From contig OX597816.1 of NCBI GenBank assembly GCA_951406725.2, positions 68,634,001 to 68,698,000 of the forward strand: a stretch of DNA of 64,000 bases, written 5' to 3'. This DNA is from Octopus vulgaris. Its lineage: Eukaryota. The notes under the pieces were generated by a model. The model had not been told where the DNA came from. It saw nothing but the letters and a program-made list of their open reading frames with translations, and searched no databases. Of the stretch, positions 39,057-52,708 are shown one piece after another. The number at the start of each line of letters is the position of its first letter. Position 1 is the stretch's first letter. Both the position numbers and the translations under genes were made by a program.

Positions 39057-39542
39057 AGAAAAGTATTAGACGTCTATTGGCCATAAACACACCAATACAG
39101 TCGTTTAACATTGGTTATAATGTCTTGTGGTGTTTGTTCTAGTTTTCTGCGCACTGATTCCAAATCCTATTATACACAGATCAGCTTGACCTCTTATATC
39201 TACAGGTACTGGTGACTAAAGTACTAACTAATGACCTAGCTGTTATGGTGTTGAATTAGCGATCGCAACATCGCGGTTTCGATTCCCGGACCGTGAATCT
39301 TGAGCAAAATACTTCATTTCACATTGCGCCAGTGCACTCACCTGTAGATGAGTAACCCTGCAACTTAATGGCGTCTCGGTCAGGACGAGCGTTGTGGTCT
39401 TCGTCACTTACACGCAATAGAAAATGGGTAACGGGCTCTATGAATTCTAGGAGTTGTCTCAATGATGCCCAAGGCATAATGTTGATGATGGCGATGATGA
39501 TGAATTGCAAGGGTCAATTAATATTTCATTCTTTTCTCTCAG

Positions 39543-39628
39543 AATTGACTAACGCGCACTTTGAGGGCGCCGTGGCAGACGACGAGTGTCTACGACGTCA
39601 GAAAGACAAAGAGGCCCTACTGACATAA
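39543..39628 (+). CDS. Possible terminal coding exon of an unidentified host gene (phase 1)
   Basis: Polypyrimidine tract tttcattcttttctctcAG, then a GC-richer open frame (E)LTNAHFEGAVADDECLRRQKDKEALLT*, followed by about 1 kb of repeat-poor UTR-like sequence; no homolog recognised. Confidence 0.35.
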
Positions 39629-41394
39629 TTAAGTATTTTCAGACATTTCGGAAGAGGAAACCAAATTGCACAAAAAAAAAAAAACGAACAAGTAGATGTT
39701 GCAGCACCAGTTTGTTCAGACATAACCAATATTGGAATTTATTTTTGTTCTTTGATAACAATTCTTTGTTTCCCTAACAATATATATTGACTATTTTATT
39801 TTATTTACTTGTGTCATTAGTTAGGTTTGTGACAAGTTTAATCATATTAACACAAAAATCCATAAAAGAAGAGAAATATGCAAACATCTATTTCCATACT
39901 TTGAAGTAAAACGTCGATCTTGTATAGCTTAGAAGGGAAAGTGCTTCAGGCAAGCATTAAACAAGTATAAACACATAAGACAGCTTCACTCACTTGCTCA
40001 GACCATGAGAGAAAGATCAATACATTTGATTATTCAGGAATTGTGAATAATCAAAGAGGCATTATTATAGAAAATTTTCCCGTTACACGTGCACGATGTT
40101 TTCCACCCAGAACCCAACAGAAATGAATGAAGACCAAACCGAAATGCACATGTACACATACACACGTACACAAATTAGTGAGATTGCAGTAGAAATTTCT
40201 GTTATAGAGAAGCATACCACTTGAGGAAAGATTGATTAGAGTAACTGTCGGTAGAAATCCTACAAAATCGATGTTATCAGTGAGCGATCAAATTACTCCA
40301 ATATTTTTGGAAGTAGCAGCTCGACAACAAAGAACCAACTGAGATGAAGAGATGAGATAAGGAGACACTCTAATTGAATACCCTTTTCTCAAATAGCAAC
40401 GACAGAATACAGCAAAACATCGGACATATTGAAAGAATCAGGAACGACAAAGTGAATGATAAATTCCTAAATTGCAGCACCTTCTACCACTTTTTGATAC
40501 AATTTCTAAAATTTTAATAGTGACCGGAATATTTTAATGATGAGAAATCATTTGGTCAGTTTCTTATATAAGTGTGTAGGTACATCTGCTTTATACTTAG
40601 CACATAAATGAAATGAATATACGCATATTTAATTAATGCGAACACGTAAAGCAAATCTAAAGTCATGCGGTAATAACTAATTTATCTTTTACTTGCTTCA
40701 CTCTTTGAGCTGGGCCCATGCTGGGATACCGTTTTGAAGGATATAGGCCAACGAATCGTCTTCGATACTAAAATTCTTTAAAGTATAATACTTATTCTAG
40801 CGGTCTGTTTTGCTAAACAACTGAATTAAAGGGGCGTAAACAAACCGACAGCGGTTATCAAATGATGGTAGTCGTGGTGGGGAGTAAATATTATCATCAA
40901 GATAGACAACACACACAACCACATATTTACAAATGCTCGATGGGTTTTTACACTGTTTCCGTCTACCATATTTATTCGCAAGGCGTTGGTCGCCCCCACG
41001 GCTATAGAAGGCAATTGCTCAAGTTATTGTGCAGAGGGACCGAACTCGATGTGACATGGTTTGCAACGCTATCTTCTTAGCCACACAATCATGCGTGCAC
41101 CTACTTTCAGCAAGCACCTTTACCACAAGAAGAAAAATGCTCAACATAAAAAATTTGGCCTACACTCACAGCTAAAAGTTTAAAGGAACATTGCCTTGGA
41201 AGAAATCTGAGGGTTACATGCTATTTCAGGAACTGTAAACTCTATTTGGTGGTTTGGAACAATCTATTGCAAAGGAATTAGAGGCCATGACCGAAATTCT
41301 ACACTGCCTCAATACTACACGTAGTTAAGATTAAGAAAAATAGCACAGAGAATTATTTACTTATATCATTATGCCATACTCTAAGGGGGGTAGG

Positions 41395-41980
41395 GGTGAG
41401 TTGGCAGAAACGTTAGCATGCCGGGCGAAATGCGTAGCCGCATTTCGTCTGCCGTTACGTTCTGAGTTCAAATTCCGCCGAGGTCGACTTTGTCTTTCAT
41501 CCTTTCGGGGTCGATAAATTAAGTACCAGTTACGCACTGGGGTCGATATAATCGACTTAATCCGTTTGTCTATATTTGTTTGTCCCCTCTATGTTTAGCC
41601 CTTTGTGGGCAATAAAGAAATAAGAAACGTTAACACGCTAGGCAAAATGCTTAGCGGTATTTCATCCGTCTTTACGTTCTCAGCTCAAATGTCGCCCTGG
41701 TCGACTTTGCCCTTGAGTCTTTTAAGGCAGCGAGCTGGCAGAAACGTTAGCACGCCGGGCGAGATGTCCTTGTTTGTCCTCTCTGTGTTTAGCCCATGGT
41801 GGGTAGTAAAGAAATAGGTATTTCGCCTGTCTTTACCTTCTGAATTTCGGGGTCGATAAATTGAGTACCATTTGCGTACTGGGGTCGATAAATTGAGTAC
41901 CAGTTGCGTACTGGGTCGATCTAATCGACTGGCCCTTCGCCACCAAATTTCAGGCCTTGCGCCTATAGTAGAATGAATTA
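41395..41980 (+). mobile_element. Rearranged cluster of family B SINE units
   Basis: Multiple heads and Meta-domain pieces. Confidence 0.8.
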
Positions 41981-43059
41981 TACCATAGTGTTTATAGAGT
42001 CATTAGATGTGTTTCTCTAGAACATCTGAATAACAAAACAAAAAAAGCAACGGAAAGCAAGCTTAAGAAAAAAACGATGGATTCTACAATTGTAGAAAAC
42101 AAATTCTTATTAAAATAAAAAAAGATACGTCTTAAAATAGCGAAGCCTTAGCAATTAAAAGTAGGAAATGTATGACTTGACTGTAAAGATATTTGAATTA
42201 TATTAGAATTACATTTGAGCGGTGGTATGAAAACACTAATGAAAATGTGTTCAAACACATGTGTGAATTAATAACAGTTGAATCGACTTTAATAGTCTGT
42301 TATATAGCTTTTCAAGTTATTAAAAATATCATGCTAAGTTGACAACTTCTCTGTTCTAATATACCTTTTTCCAGCACTGAATAACTTGTCAATCAGGTAG
42401 CGAAAAATCTAATACTTCTAAATCAGCTGAAGTTATTTGACTCAATGGAGTACACAAGTCTTGTATGGCAAATAGCTGTATTTTGGTGAATGTGTATTGC
42501 ACCAAGAATGAATATAACTATCAGCAGCATTCTCGCCAGACGGATAGTTTATTATGTCTCATCGTACCCGAGTCTTGACAGAGTAAATTTATGATTGAAA
42601 ATGTTGCGATCGCCACCATTTAGTTTTAATTTTTGTGTGTGTATCTTGGATTTCATTATCGAATATATCATTTCTGTTGTTAGGTGGTGAGTTTTTGATT
42701 TGATGGTTTGGTATAGATTTAGCAGATCGGTTAGCCTCTTAGAGGCCAATCTTTCTTTACTGGCTCGTAAGCAATGTGTTCATATCTAGTACTTAATCGA
42801 GATAAGAGTATTACTCATTGACATCGACAGCCTATCACATTTCCCTGAACAATATGACAACGACGGCGAGCTAGCACGCCGGGAGAAATGCTTAGCGATA
42901 TTTCGTCTGTCTTGATGTTCTGAATTCAAATTCCGCCGAGGTCGACTTTGCCTCTTATCCTTTCGGGGTCAATAAATTAAGTACCAGTTGCGTTTCTCTG
43001 TAAGGTGGTTAGGTTTGATTTGATGATTTGGCATAGTTTTCGCAGATCGGTTCACCTTT

Positions 43060-43585
43060 TAGAGGCCATTCTTTCCACCGCACAATACCTCCTTCCTTGG
43101 CCTACGAAAGCTGCCGCCTACATCAGGGCTCCCAAACAGTCCTCCATGTCCTCCGACAGGACTTCAATTCCACTGGCGGTGACCGTCCGCGTGCGGCACA
43201 CCACCGTGCCATCACTCCCACCCTTGACCGTTTCTTATAGAAGCACCATCTTTATTGCATCTCCCTCCCTTCGCACAAACTGTTTACCTCATATTACCTC
43301 TTCCGTATTCATTGACATCCGTTTCGCTTCCAACGGCGCAGCTGCTCCAACTGCAGCGGCCCCTGCACAGCCGTCCATAATGAAAAATCAACACTTCGGC
43401 CTCACAGTGAGAAAACAGCAAAAAACAATTATGCGCGAGTCGCTCAACAATAATTTCCCAAAATCAATTTCAACAACAGACAGTCTCAAAATGAAAGCGC
43501 TCAACCTGCAACAAAAATCCAAAATCGTGGTCAAAAATGATGAAACTCAAACAGACAAGTTGCTACTCGGCGACAGCAACATCCC
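43060..43585 (-). pseudogene. Probable L1/Tx1-like LINE 5'UTR and ORF1 fragment
   Basis: Minus DGTVVCRTRTV...EDCLGAL..AFVGQGRRYCAVE resembles LARRRQFATVEVRF at about 46350. Confidence 0.4.
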
Positions 43586-43639
43586 CTCAACGATTAGGCA
43601 GAGATGATTTTTAAAATGAGAATATCTGAAATAAACTGG

Positions 43640-43896
43640 ACTGTTCTCACAAATCAGAATACTAAAAATGAACCCGACCGCTCTCAAAGATTAATTAAAA
43701 AAAAAACAGGAAAAATAACACAGAATCCTTGCCCGATACCGGATCTATCTCACAATCTCATCAGTTTGTGCCAGATACGAGGCCTAACATTTCTGAAAGT
43801 TTCATCCAAATCCACCCAGCGGTTCTTGAGATATCTTGTCCACGGTCAAACAAGCAAACAAACGCGACTGAAAACAATAGCGAAGGCGGAGGTATT
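43640..43896 (+). mobile_element. Helentron-associated (HINE/DINE-1-like) non-autonomous element, partial
   Basis: aaagtttcatccaaatcc, (CAAA)n, and 3' gaaaacaata...ggcggaggta end before TT. Confidence 0.55.
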
Positions 43897-45641
43897 AAAT
43901 CGGAAATCGTCGCTTCTACTATTTTATATATATATTTTTTGTTCTCCAATTATTTTTTCTCACAAATAGGTCCAGGCACGTAGATATACACAAACACACA
44001 CGCATGCATAAAAATTCATACACATGCACTTACACATTTATTTTTATTTCTTTCCTTCAATCTTACATTTTTTTGTATATTTTATTATGAGATCGTAATT
44101 TCTTATTGCATCACTGGTTATCAAACCCATCCGACTTTAGTATATTCCACTGCAAATCAAACGAGAATAGGGAATGTGAGATATTGGTTATTTAAAGCTA
44201 ATAAATTATGGTGATAGCCTTTTTTATATCACCCACAAGACAATACAAACCATATATTCTCAAGTGAATCGTCAGTGAAATGCCAAGGAATATACTTTAC
44301 AGACTAAAACCTATTTTACTTCGAATCATTTCTGGTCGTAATTTCGCTTTCTATATTACTTTAACTGCAGATTTTAGAATTTCCGAATTGCTAAATTTTC
44401 TATTATGTCACAGAAGATCAGAATTATGTGAGCAGTCAGTAGTCATTTTGGTTCCCAACGACCTTGTTAGAAGGAAATACGTTCTTAATATTTTTCTCTT
44501 CTTTTCACTGTCGTTGTTGCTATGATAACTTTTGAACATATAACGGTTGCAATTGAAGCACAATCATATAAGTATTGAGAATATCTTACTATATAAATGT
44601 TACTACAATATCTATGACTATTAGCATTTATGTCAATTTACTATAGATTATATTGGTGCAGGCATAGCTGTGTGGTATGTAGCTTTTTCGCAATTATACT
44701 GCAGAACATCTTGAGCCAGGCTGACCAAAAGACTTGTGAGTGGAGTTCGGAGACTGGAAACTAAAAATGTATGTTATATATGTGTGTGTATGTGTTTGTG
44801 TGGCCACTGCCTGACAACCGGCGTTAGTTCATGTAACTTAATGGTTCGGCAAACAAAACCGGCAAGATAAGTACCAGAGTTAAAAATAAATACTGTTTGA
44901 TTAAACCTCTTAAAGGTAGTGCTCCACCATTGCCGCAGTCCAGTGTATATAAAAATTACACATAAGTTAAAAAAGCTTGTTTCGCAATCACAAGATTCTG
45001 GTCTCAATCACATTGCTGATATTTTGGGAAAGTATCTCTTACTATATCCCGAACTATAGTATCTTTTACTAATTTCATTTACGAGGCTCAAGCCTCGTAA
45101 ATCAAATTAAGAAGATTGAAACTATGTGGTAATCCGTCTCATTCATTATGCTAGTATGTTATGATGCTCAGCCTTGTCGCATACTATGTTCCACTAATTC
45201 TACTACAGAACTGCCATAGGATGACGTAAGTCGGTGAAATACGCAAGCGCTTCTGCTGTAATTCATTGAGCATGTACTTTAGTCTATCGAATAACTGAAC
45301 ACTTATTATTGAAACGGTAGGCAATTTATTATTCTTGTATGGCTCCAGTTCAGCTGTGATGCAACAGATCGGTGAACAAATACGTTCACCCATTCCTTTT
45401 TCGTCTCATTCTTCATAACAATCCGCCGACAATCTCGTTATTCTATGGCCTTAGCACCACAAGCGTACGTGTAGGGAATTCGTGGTTTAATAAATAATTA
45501 ATTATCAAGGCCCTTGTTCGGCTCTGATCGAAAGTATTCCACCCATTCCTCTCCTGTATTTTTGTATAGCTTTGCCTGCTATTTCTTGCTTATCCGGCTA
45601 CTGTGTAGTTACTTATTCATTGTTTTGCACATGGCCTTATG

Positions 45642-45688
<47 letters not shown>

Positions 45689-45689
<1 letters not shown>

Positions 45690-47760
45690 CAGGTTGTGCA
45701 AAAAGTAAACGACGTTTTCAACCATGAAGAATATTTGTACTGGATTATTGTACAGGTTTGAATATTTTAAAAACATTTTTTTCAAAAATTGTTTGATAAT
45801 ACACACATAGACTTGCCGAAACGCATCAATAAATTTGATATTTTTTCACCGTTGTTACAATCATCTGTGACTGAGTTGATCGTGAATTTTGTTAGTGTGA
45901 AAGGTTAGTCAAAGTTGTATTTGTTATTAATTGTGTCTTAAGACAATTGTTCTTGCTGCCTTACGACAGTTTTGCTAACGTTGCCCCCTCGTTTGTAGAG
46001 AGAAGTGCTGTTAAAACAGAGAGAATTAGCTATTCAGATTTATCGTCGTCTGAGGAGGCGCTGGTGAGATGTCTAGACGAAATAGATAGAGAGACGGAAA
46101 GCGGGAGTTTCGTAGAGGCGGTGAGACGGTAGTCTGAAGATGTGTGTTTGGAAGGAATTGAAAAATTCCAAGAAATGATGAACAGGGAGACGAACAATGT
46201 CAAAGTATCCCCTCCCAGGGAAACTACCGAAAGGACAGCTAAAAGGAAGGTCTTGTATAGAAAATAGAACGTAAGACTGCATCGGGTATAGGTGGCTACG
46301 AGAGCTGAAGTGGAAAGGGCTCAGCAGCCCATTTAGAAAGAGGTGGATCACCTAGCTAGAAGGAGACAGTTCGCAACGGTGGAAGTGCGTTTTGCGTTCA
46401 ACGCTGTGGCCAGGCAGCATGGCGTTGCTCAAGACGGAAGAGGTGGTCCTTCTACTCATTTATCTGGGAAGACGTGCTTTTCGGGTAAGGATAGATGAGA
46501 CCCTCCCGAGGTGGATGTTGCGATTATCTTTCGGGCTTGTAGTACTGCTGATGTCTTTGTGGTCGGTGGAGAACACTCCGCTCTTATGTGGTCTTTCTGG
46601 CCACATTATAACATCGGGGCTTCCTTCCCTCCACTAACTTTTAATATCACCTCCTCGCCCACTGTTATGGTGTCGACCATACTTTCAAGGTCCTCCGGGT
46701 CAGCCTGGATGATTATCCCCAGGGTCTGCTCTTGCCAATTCTTCGGCAAGTTACTTGGAGGACCTCTATATGAAGAGTTGAACAAGTAGAAGGAAAATGT
46801 CCTGTGAGTGGTCAGCTCGAAAATGGTTTAAACGATTTCGCAGTGGAGATCTGAGTCTTGAAGATCATTAGCGTAGTGGACGCCTATCTGCCATCGATGA
46901 CAGTCAGAGACTGTCATTGAGAAAGATCTGCGTAAACCCACTTGAGAAGTGGTAAAATAACTTCAAGTTAGCCAGAAAACTACCTGCAGCCATTTGAATG
47001 TGATTGGAAAATCAAAAAAGCTCAACAAATGTGTACCTCACGATTTGAATGAAAATTAGAAAATGCGAAGACATGAAATTTGCTCCTCACTTCTTTTTCG
47101 TAATCAGACCTTTCCATTTCTCGACCGTATTGTAACTTGCGATGGTAACTGGATTATGTACAATAATAAAAAAACGTTCTTCGCATTGGTTGAGCCAAAA
47201 TGAAGCACCGAAAACTTTTCCTAAACCCGAGATTTTCCAAAAGAAGGTTATGGTAACTGTGTGTGGGTGTTCTGTTGGACTCATCCAATATAACGTGTTA
47301 AAACCCATAAAAACCATTCCTGCAGAAACATATGGCCATACAATTGCCAAAATGAACGAAAAACTGTTACCCACCCCCGTACCAGACTGGTCGACAGAAG
47401 AGGGCCAGTCATTCCTCATGACAATGCTCGACCACATGTTTCACTACTGACGCTCAAGCAATTGAGGAAACTTGCCTACGAAGTTCTTCCTCACCCTGTT
47501 TATTTCCCAGACTTTTCTCCTCCCGACTATTATTTTTTCAAGCACTTTGAGAGTTTTCTACGAGAAAAGGAGTTAGAAAACCAAACCGATGCTGAAAGTG
47601 CGTTCAGAGAGATCATCAGCTACCGAATTCCGGATTTTTATGTTACCAGAATAAACAAACTTGTAACTCGTTGGCAAAAATGTTTTGATTGCAATGGTAT
47701 TTACTTTGATGAATAAAATTCCTCATTGTTGAAATATATTGTGATGAATTTCATAGCCGC
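45689..47760 (+). mobile_element. mariner DD34D transposon pseudogene, interrupted by a LINE ORF1 insertion
   Basis: TIR-like start tcaggttgtgcaaaaagtaa; WFKRFRSGDLSLED, IVTCDGNW, HDNARPH...YFPDFSPPDY (34-residue D-D spacing), RWQKCFDCNGIYFD at 46800-47716. Confidence 0.9.
45940..46790. mobile_element. LINE ORF1 (gag-like, CCHC knuckle) fragment with an internal inversion
   Basis: Plus strand EVDHLARRRQFATVEVRF...YLGRRAFRVRI; minus strand GRKPRCY.CGQKDHIRAEC at 46573-46620 (1-nt frameshift). Confidence 0.65.
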
Positions 47761-48477
47761 AGTTTAATGACTGGAATCAGTAAAAGATAAAAGATTCTTC
47801 GTGACACCTGGAAAAAATACTCGATATTCAATTTCTTGATGAAAAATACTGTTTAAAGCCTACCAACTTATCAAATATTTATACATTCCTAGAGGATTTC
47901 GCAGAGACGATTTTTCTAATCTTGAACAATAGCAGTCACAAGAATACATTGTCAAATTCAGAAAAATATCTTTACAATCTATTTAAAGAAATCAAATGAA
48001 AATTTACGGTTGAATCTACACATAGAAACCAAATGTAAATACATCAAGAAATAAGTAAATATGTCTTCTTGAACGTCAATAATGTCAACTGTGTTGGTGG
48101 CATATTTAACCTCAGCAATTCCCAGTTCTCGTTCAACGAATTACTTCTCTACATACACTCACATTCCAACACCGCCACAATGTGTTAAACAGGTTAAAAA
48201 CATATCTCTTTTCAACTTTCTCGCTATTCTTTCTGCAAATCAACTTTCAAAAATACTTAATAATAAGACAACATTACACTGCAAAAAGTAAATTTTCTGG
48301 AACTATACAATAGCCAACACATTATATATCATAACAACACAAAGGCAGAAACAAAACATTATCTCGTTCTAACGAGACTAAGAATCTTGACACATTCCTA
48401 GTGAAATGCATTTCGTTACAGCCCTTTGTCGAAGAAAGGTTGATATGTTAGGAGGAGGGTACTATAGTAATTATAAA

Positions 48478-48695
48478 TCGAGCTGGCAGAACCGTTAGCA
48501 CGCCGGGCGAAATGCGTAGCCGAATTTCGTCTGCCGTTACGTTCTGAGTTCAAATTCCGCCGAGGTCGACTTTGCCATTCATCCTTTCGGGGTCAGTTAA
48601 ATTAAGTACCAGTTACGCACTGGTGTCAGTGTAATCGACTTAATTCGTTTGTCCTTGTTTGTCCCCTCTATGTTTAGCCCCTTGTGGGTAATATT
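48478..48695 (+). mobile_element. Family B SINE monomer
   Basis: Near-consensus copy. Confidence 0.85.
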
Positions 48696-49023
48696 ACTGA
48701 ACCCCAGTACTGAGAATATTGAGCATTGAGTACAGTAACGCTTACTAAAATAAAACAAACACCCTATTCATATACATATATGTGGCAGTTCAGGAAGTGA
48801 TTTTGTCGCAAGCAACAGAACTCTACCACTGAGGTAGTTGGCCCCTGCAACAGGACAATGCATCATTCTATACATATTTGTCGAAAGTTCATAATTCACC
48901 GTGTCGAAATGAATTAGAAACTTAAACATTGACAGAATAAAGAAACTCTTGTAAATGTATTGGGTAACTTATCCCCAGTATGTACATCGGCACACACAAT
49001 TCATGCATACATATATAGAGAGA

Positions 49024-49270
49024 GGTGGAGGCGCGTGGCTTAGTGGTTAGGGTGTTGAACTCATGATCGTAAGGTTGTGGTTTCGATTCCTGGACCGGGC
49101 GATGCGTTGTGTTCTTGAGCAAAACACTTAATTTTCACGTTGCTCCAGTCCACTCAGCTGGCAAAAATGAGTATTTCTGCGACGGACCGGCGTCCCGTCC
49201 AGGTGGGGAATTTCAAAGCCACTGAAACCGGGAAACCGGCCCTTATGAGCCTGACATGGCTCGAGAAGGA
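49024..49270 (+). mobile_element. Family C CORE SINE
   Basis: A-box tggcttagtgg, B-box gtttcgattcc, CORE-like gtgttcttgagcaaaacactt. Confidence 0.85.
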
Positions 49271-49409
49271 GCGAATAGAGAGAGAGACGCACATATATAT
49301 ATATGTAGGTGAGCATACCAGAAGATACACATTGAACAACACTAAAACACAATCACAATTAAAATCACGTGAACAGTCTCGTATCTCGCTCTTTTATTTA
49401 TACTTGATA

Positions 49410-49830
49410 TATATTTCTTTATTGCTCACGGGGGGCTAAACATAGAGGGGAGAAACAAGGACAGAAAGAGGGATTAAGTCGATTACATCGACCCCAGTGC
49501 GTAACTGGTACTTATTTAATCGACCCCGAAAGAATGATAGTCAAAGTCGACTTCGGCGGAATTTGAACTCAGAACGTAACGGCAGGCGAAATACCTATTT
49601 CTTTATTACCCACAAGGGGCTAAACACAGAGAGGACAAACAAGGACAGACATAGGTATTAAGTCGATTACATCGACCCCAGTGCGTAACTGGTACTTAAT
49701 TTATCGACCCCGAAAGGATGAGAGGCAAAGTCGACCTCGGCGGAATTTGAACTCACAACGTAACGCAGACGAAATACCGCTAGGCATTTTGTCCGACGTG
49801 CTAACGCTTCTGCCAGCTCGCCGCCCTTAT
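49410..49830 (-). mobile_element. Family B SINE dimer
   Basis: Two units; flanking repeat tacttgatatat. Confidence 0.85.
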
Positions 49831-50746
49831 TTCTACTTGATATATTTAGAAGAACAGGTTGTATCTTTCCGCGGAGATTTAATACAAAGGAGGTAATAAT
49901 TTCTTGAAAATAATTAGTGAGATTAAAAGTTTAAATTAGCAATTAAAGAATAAGAAAATAAAGGTTGAAAATACAAATATTTAATACTTTTTGGCTCCTC
50001 CCTTATTAGAAAGTTAGTAATATTTCAGTGGTAATTACGAAGAATACTCTTTCGTTCTTTTTAGAAAATCACCACTATAACATATCTAGAAGCCTTGATA
50101 TAATAAATATGCTAGAGACCTCTTCTCAAATTATTAACCCTTCAGATAAACACATGAAATGCAAGAATGAAATCGAACTCGAACATATTTAATTCTCCGG
50201 AAGAATATATTCTAAATAATAAAGAAAGCGTTTCCTACTTATGCCATAAAGTATATTTTCTGCAAACCGTTTTTAATGTCATAGTCTTAAAATAAGCTAT
50301 GCATATTGCCAGGTCGAAAAAAAAAAAAAGCAAAAAAGAAAAAGAAAAAACCCCAAACATATATTTTCAATCAGATCTGCTTTTTGCAGTAAAAACTTGT
50401 CGGTTACTATCGTCAAGCTGCTGTGCACAAGAATCACAAATTTGTAAAGCATTGGAATCTGAGAAACAACCAATTTTAGATCTACATGACAAAAGAATAC
50501 ATAAAGCATTCTGTCTTACTTTTTCACCTTCTAACTAAATTCTAGTTAACTTCACAATGGTGGGCTTTGCATTGTTCATTGTTCATAGATTTATATATCT
50601 ATTCATACAACATCCACTGCTTCATATATAAATATATATATATGTGTGCATGTGTGTGTGTGTGTGTTTGTATATATATGTGTATATATAAGTGCATATA
50701 TATATGTGTATATGTTTACATGTATTTATATATAGGCGTGTATATA

Positions 50747-50780
<34 letters not shown>

Positions 50781-50784
<4 letters not shown>

Positions 50785-51203
50785 TGCAGGAGTGGCTGTG
50801 TGGTTAGTAGATTTCTTACCAACCACATGGTTACATGTTCAGTCCCACTGCGTGGCACCATGGGCAAATGTCTTCGACTATAGCCTCGGGCCGACCAAAG
50901 CCTTGTGAGTGGATTTGGTAAACGGAAACTGAAAGAAGCCCGTGATATATATATATATGTATGTATGTGTGCGTGTGTGCGTGTGTGTATGTATGTGTGT
51001 GTATATGTTTCTGTGTGTCACCCTCATCATCGCTTGACAACCGATGCTGGTGTGTTTACATCTCCGTAACTTAGCGGTTCGGCAAAAGTGTCCGATAGAA
51101 TTAGTACTAGGCTTACAAAGAATAAGTCCTGGGGTCGATTTGCACGACTAAAGGCAGTGCTCCAGCATGGCCGCAATCAACATGACTGAAATAAGTAAAA
51201 GAA
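50781..51203 (+). mobile_element. SINE family A copy
   Basis: Full head to tail. Confidence 0.85.
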
Positions 51204-51499
51204 TATATGCACACACAAACACACACATACACGTTTCCATATACCTGCACACACACATACGATCATACATAGACGTATGGATATATATACATACACACTC
51301 TTCGACATTCTTAGTCTATTAATTCTATGTTTAACACTGATTTTAATAATATACTTTCTCCTAAAAATATTTGATTGTTAAATTCTGAACCAGTTTACAT
51401 TAGGCTGAAGGACGAGGCAGCATTTAAATCCCACAAGCTCCCTAAAGCGTCACATGGCACATCTGCAAAAACACAGGTGTGATTTACGAGGCAATACCC

Positions 51500-51502
51500 A
51501 TG

Positions 51503-51534
<32 letters not shown>

Positions 51535-51979
51535 TGTATGTATGTATGTATGTATGTATGTATGTATGTATGTGTTTGTATGTATGTATGTATGTTTGTT
51601 TTATGTATGTATGTATGTTAGTTTGTATGTATGTATGTATGTATGTTTGTTTTATGTATGTATGTTAGTTTGTATGTTAGTTTGTTTGTATGTATGTATG
51701 TATGTATGTTTGTTTGTATGTATGTATGTATGTATGTGTGTTTGTATGTATATATATATGTATGTATGTTTGTTTGTATGTATGTATGTATGTATGTATG
51801 TTTGTTTTATGTATGTATGTTTGTTTGTAAGTATGTATGTATGTTTGTTTGTAAGTATGTATGTATGTTTGTTTATATATATGTATGTTTGTTTGTGTGT
51901 ATGTATGTATGTATGTTTGTTTGTATGTATGTATGTTTGTATGTATATATGTATGCATGTTTGTGTGTATGTATGTATG

Positions 51980-52010
<31 letters not shown>

Positions 52011-52020
52011 GTATGTATGT
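51500..52020. repeat. Compound (TATG)n/(TTTG)n satellite
   Basis: About 520 bp with recurring variant units. Confidence 0.95.
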
Positions 52021-52197
52021 GAGGAGGTATATGTACATATGTAAGTTAAGGAAACGCAGTAAAGACTTCTCTGGAAATTGTGACTAACCAATACAATTGC
52101 GGTTTGACACAATTGCCAAGGAATGAAGAACTCCGCCTCTGCGTGTTTCTCTGTGTGTATATGCCTGTGTGTTTGTGTGTGTGAGCATGTGTGTGTT

Positions 52198-52251
<54 letters not shown>

Positions 52252-52588
52252 TGCGTGCGCTTGTTGTGAGTGCTGAGTATGTGTGTGTACGTCACTGAGT
52301 GTTTGTATATGCGTACATATTGGTGTGTGTGTAAGTATGTGTGTATGTATTGGTGTGTGTGTGATATCTGTGCAAAATTTCTCTGATGATTAAGTGTATC
52401 ACACGTTTTTATTTTATCAGTCTTTTATTGTAAAGTGTTAGAATTTAACTCAATATAAATGAGAAACAATGGAATAGAAAGTAAAGGAACATGGTATTCT
52501 ATATACGGATGTTGCATACATACATACATACATATATACATACATACATACATATATACATACATACATACATACATATATATCTATG

Positions 52589-52647
<59 letters not shown>

Positions 52648-52662
52648 CTCCCTCTCTTTCTC

Positions 52663-52708
<46 letters not shown>

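Noticed and set aside
43005-43607. 200-aa plus-strand ORF
   Set aside because: No recognisable domain; antisense to a probable LINE 5'UTR/ORF1 remnant
48085-48180. Penelope N-terminal-like peptide IFNLSNSQFSFNELL
   Set aside because: Short match only, insufficient to call
49024-49100. Bona fide tRNA genes
   Set aside because: tRNA-like heads lack paired acceptor stems and continue into SINE bodies
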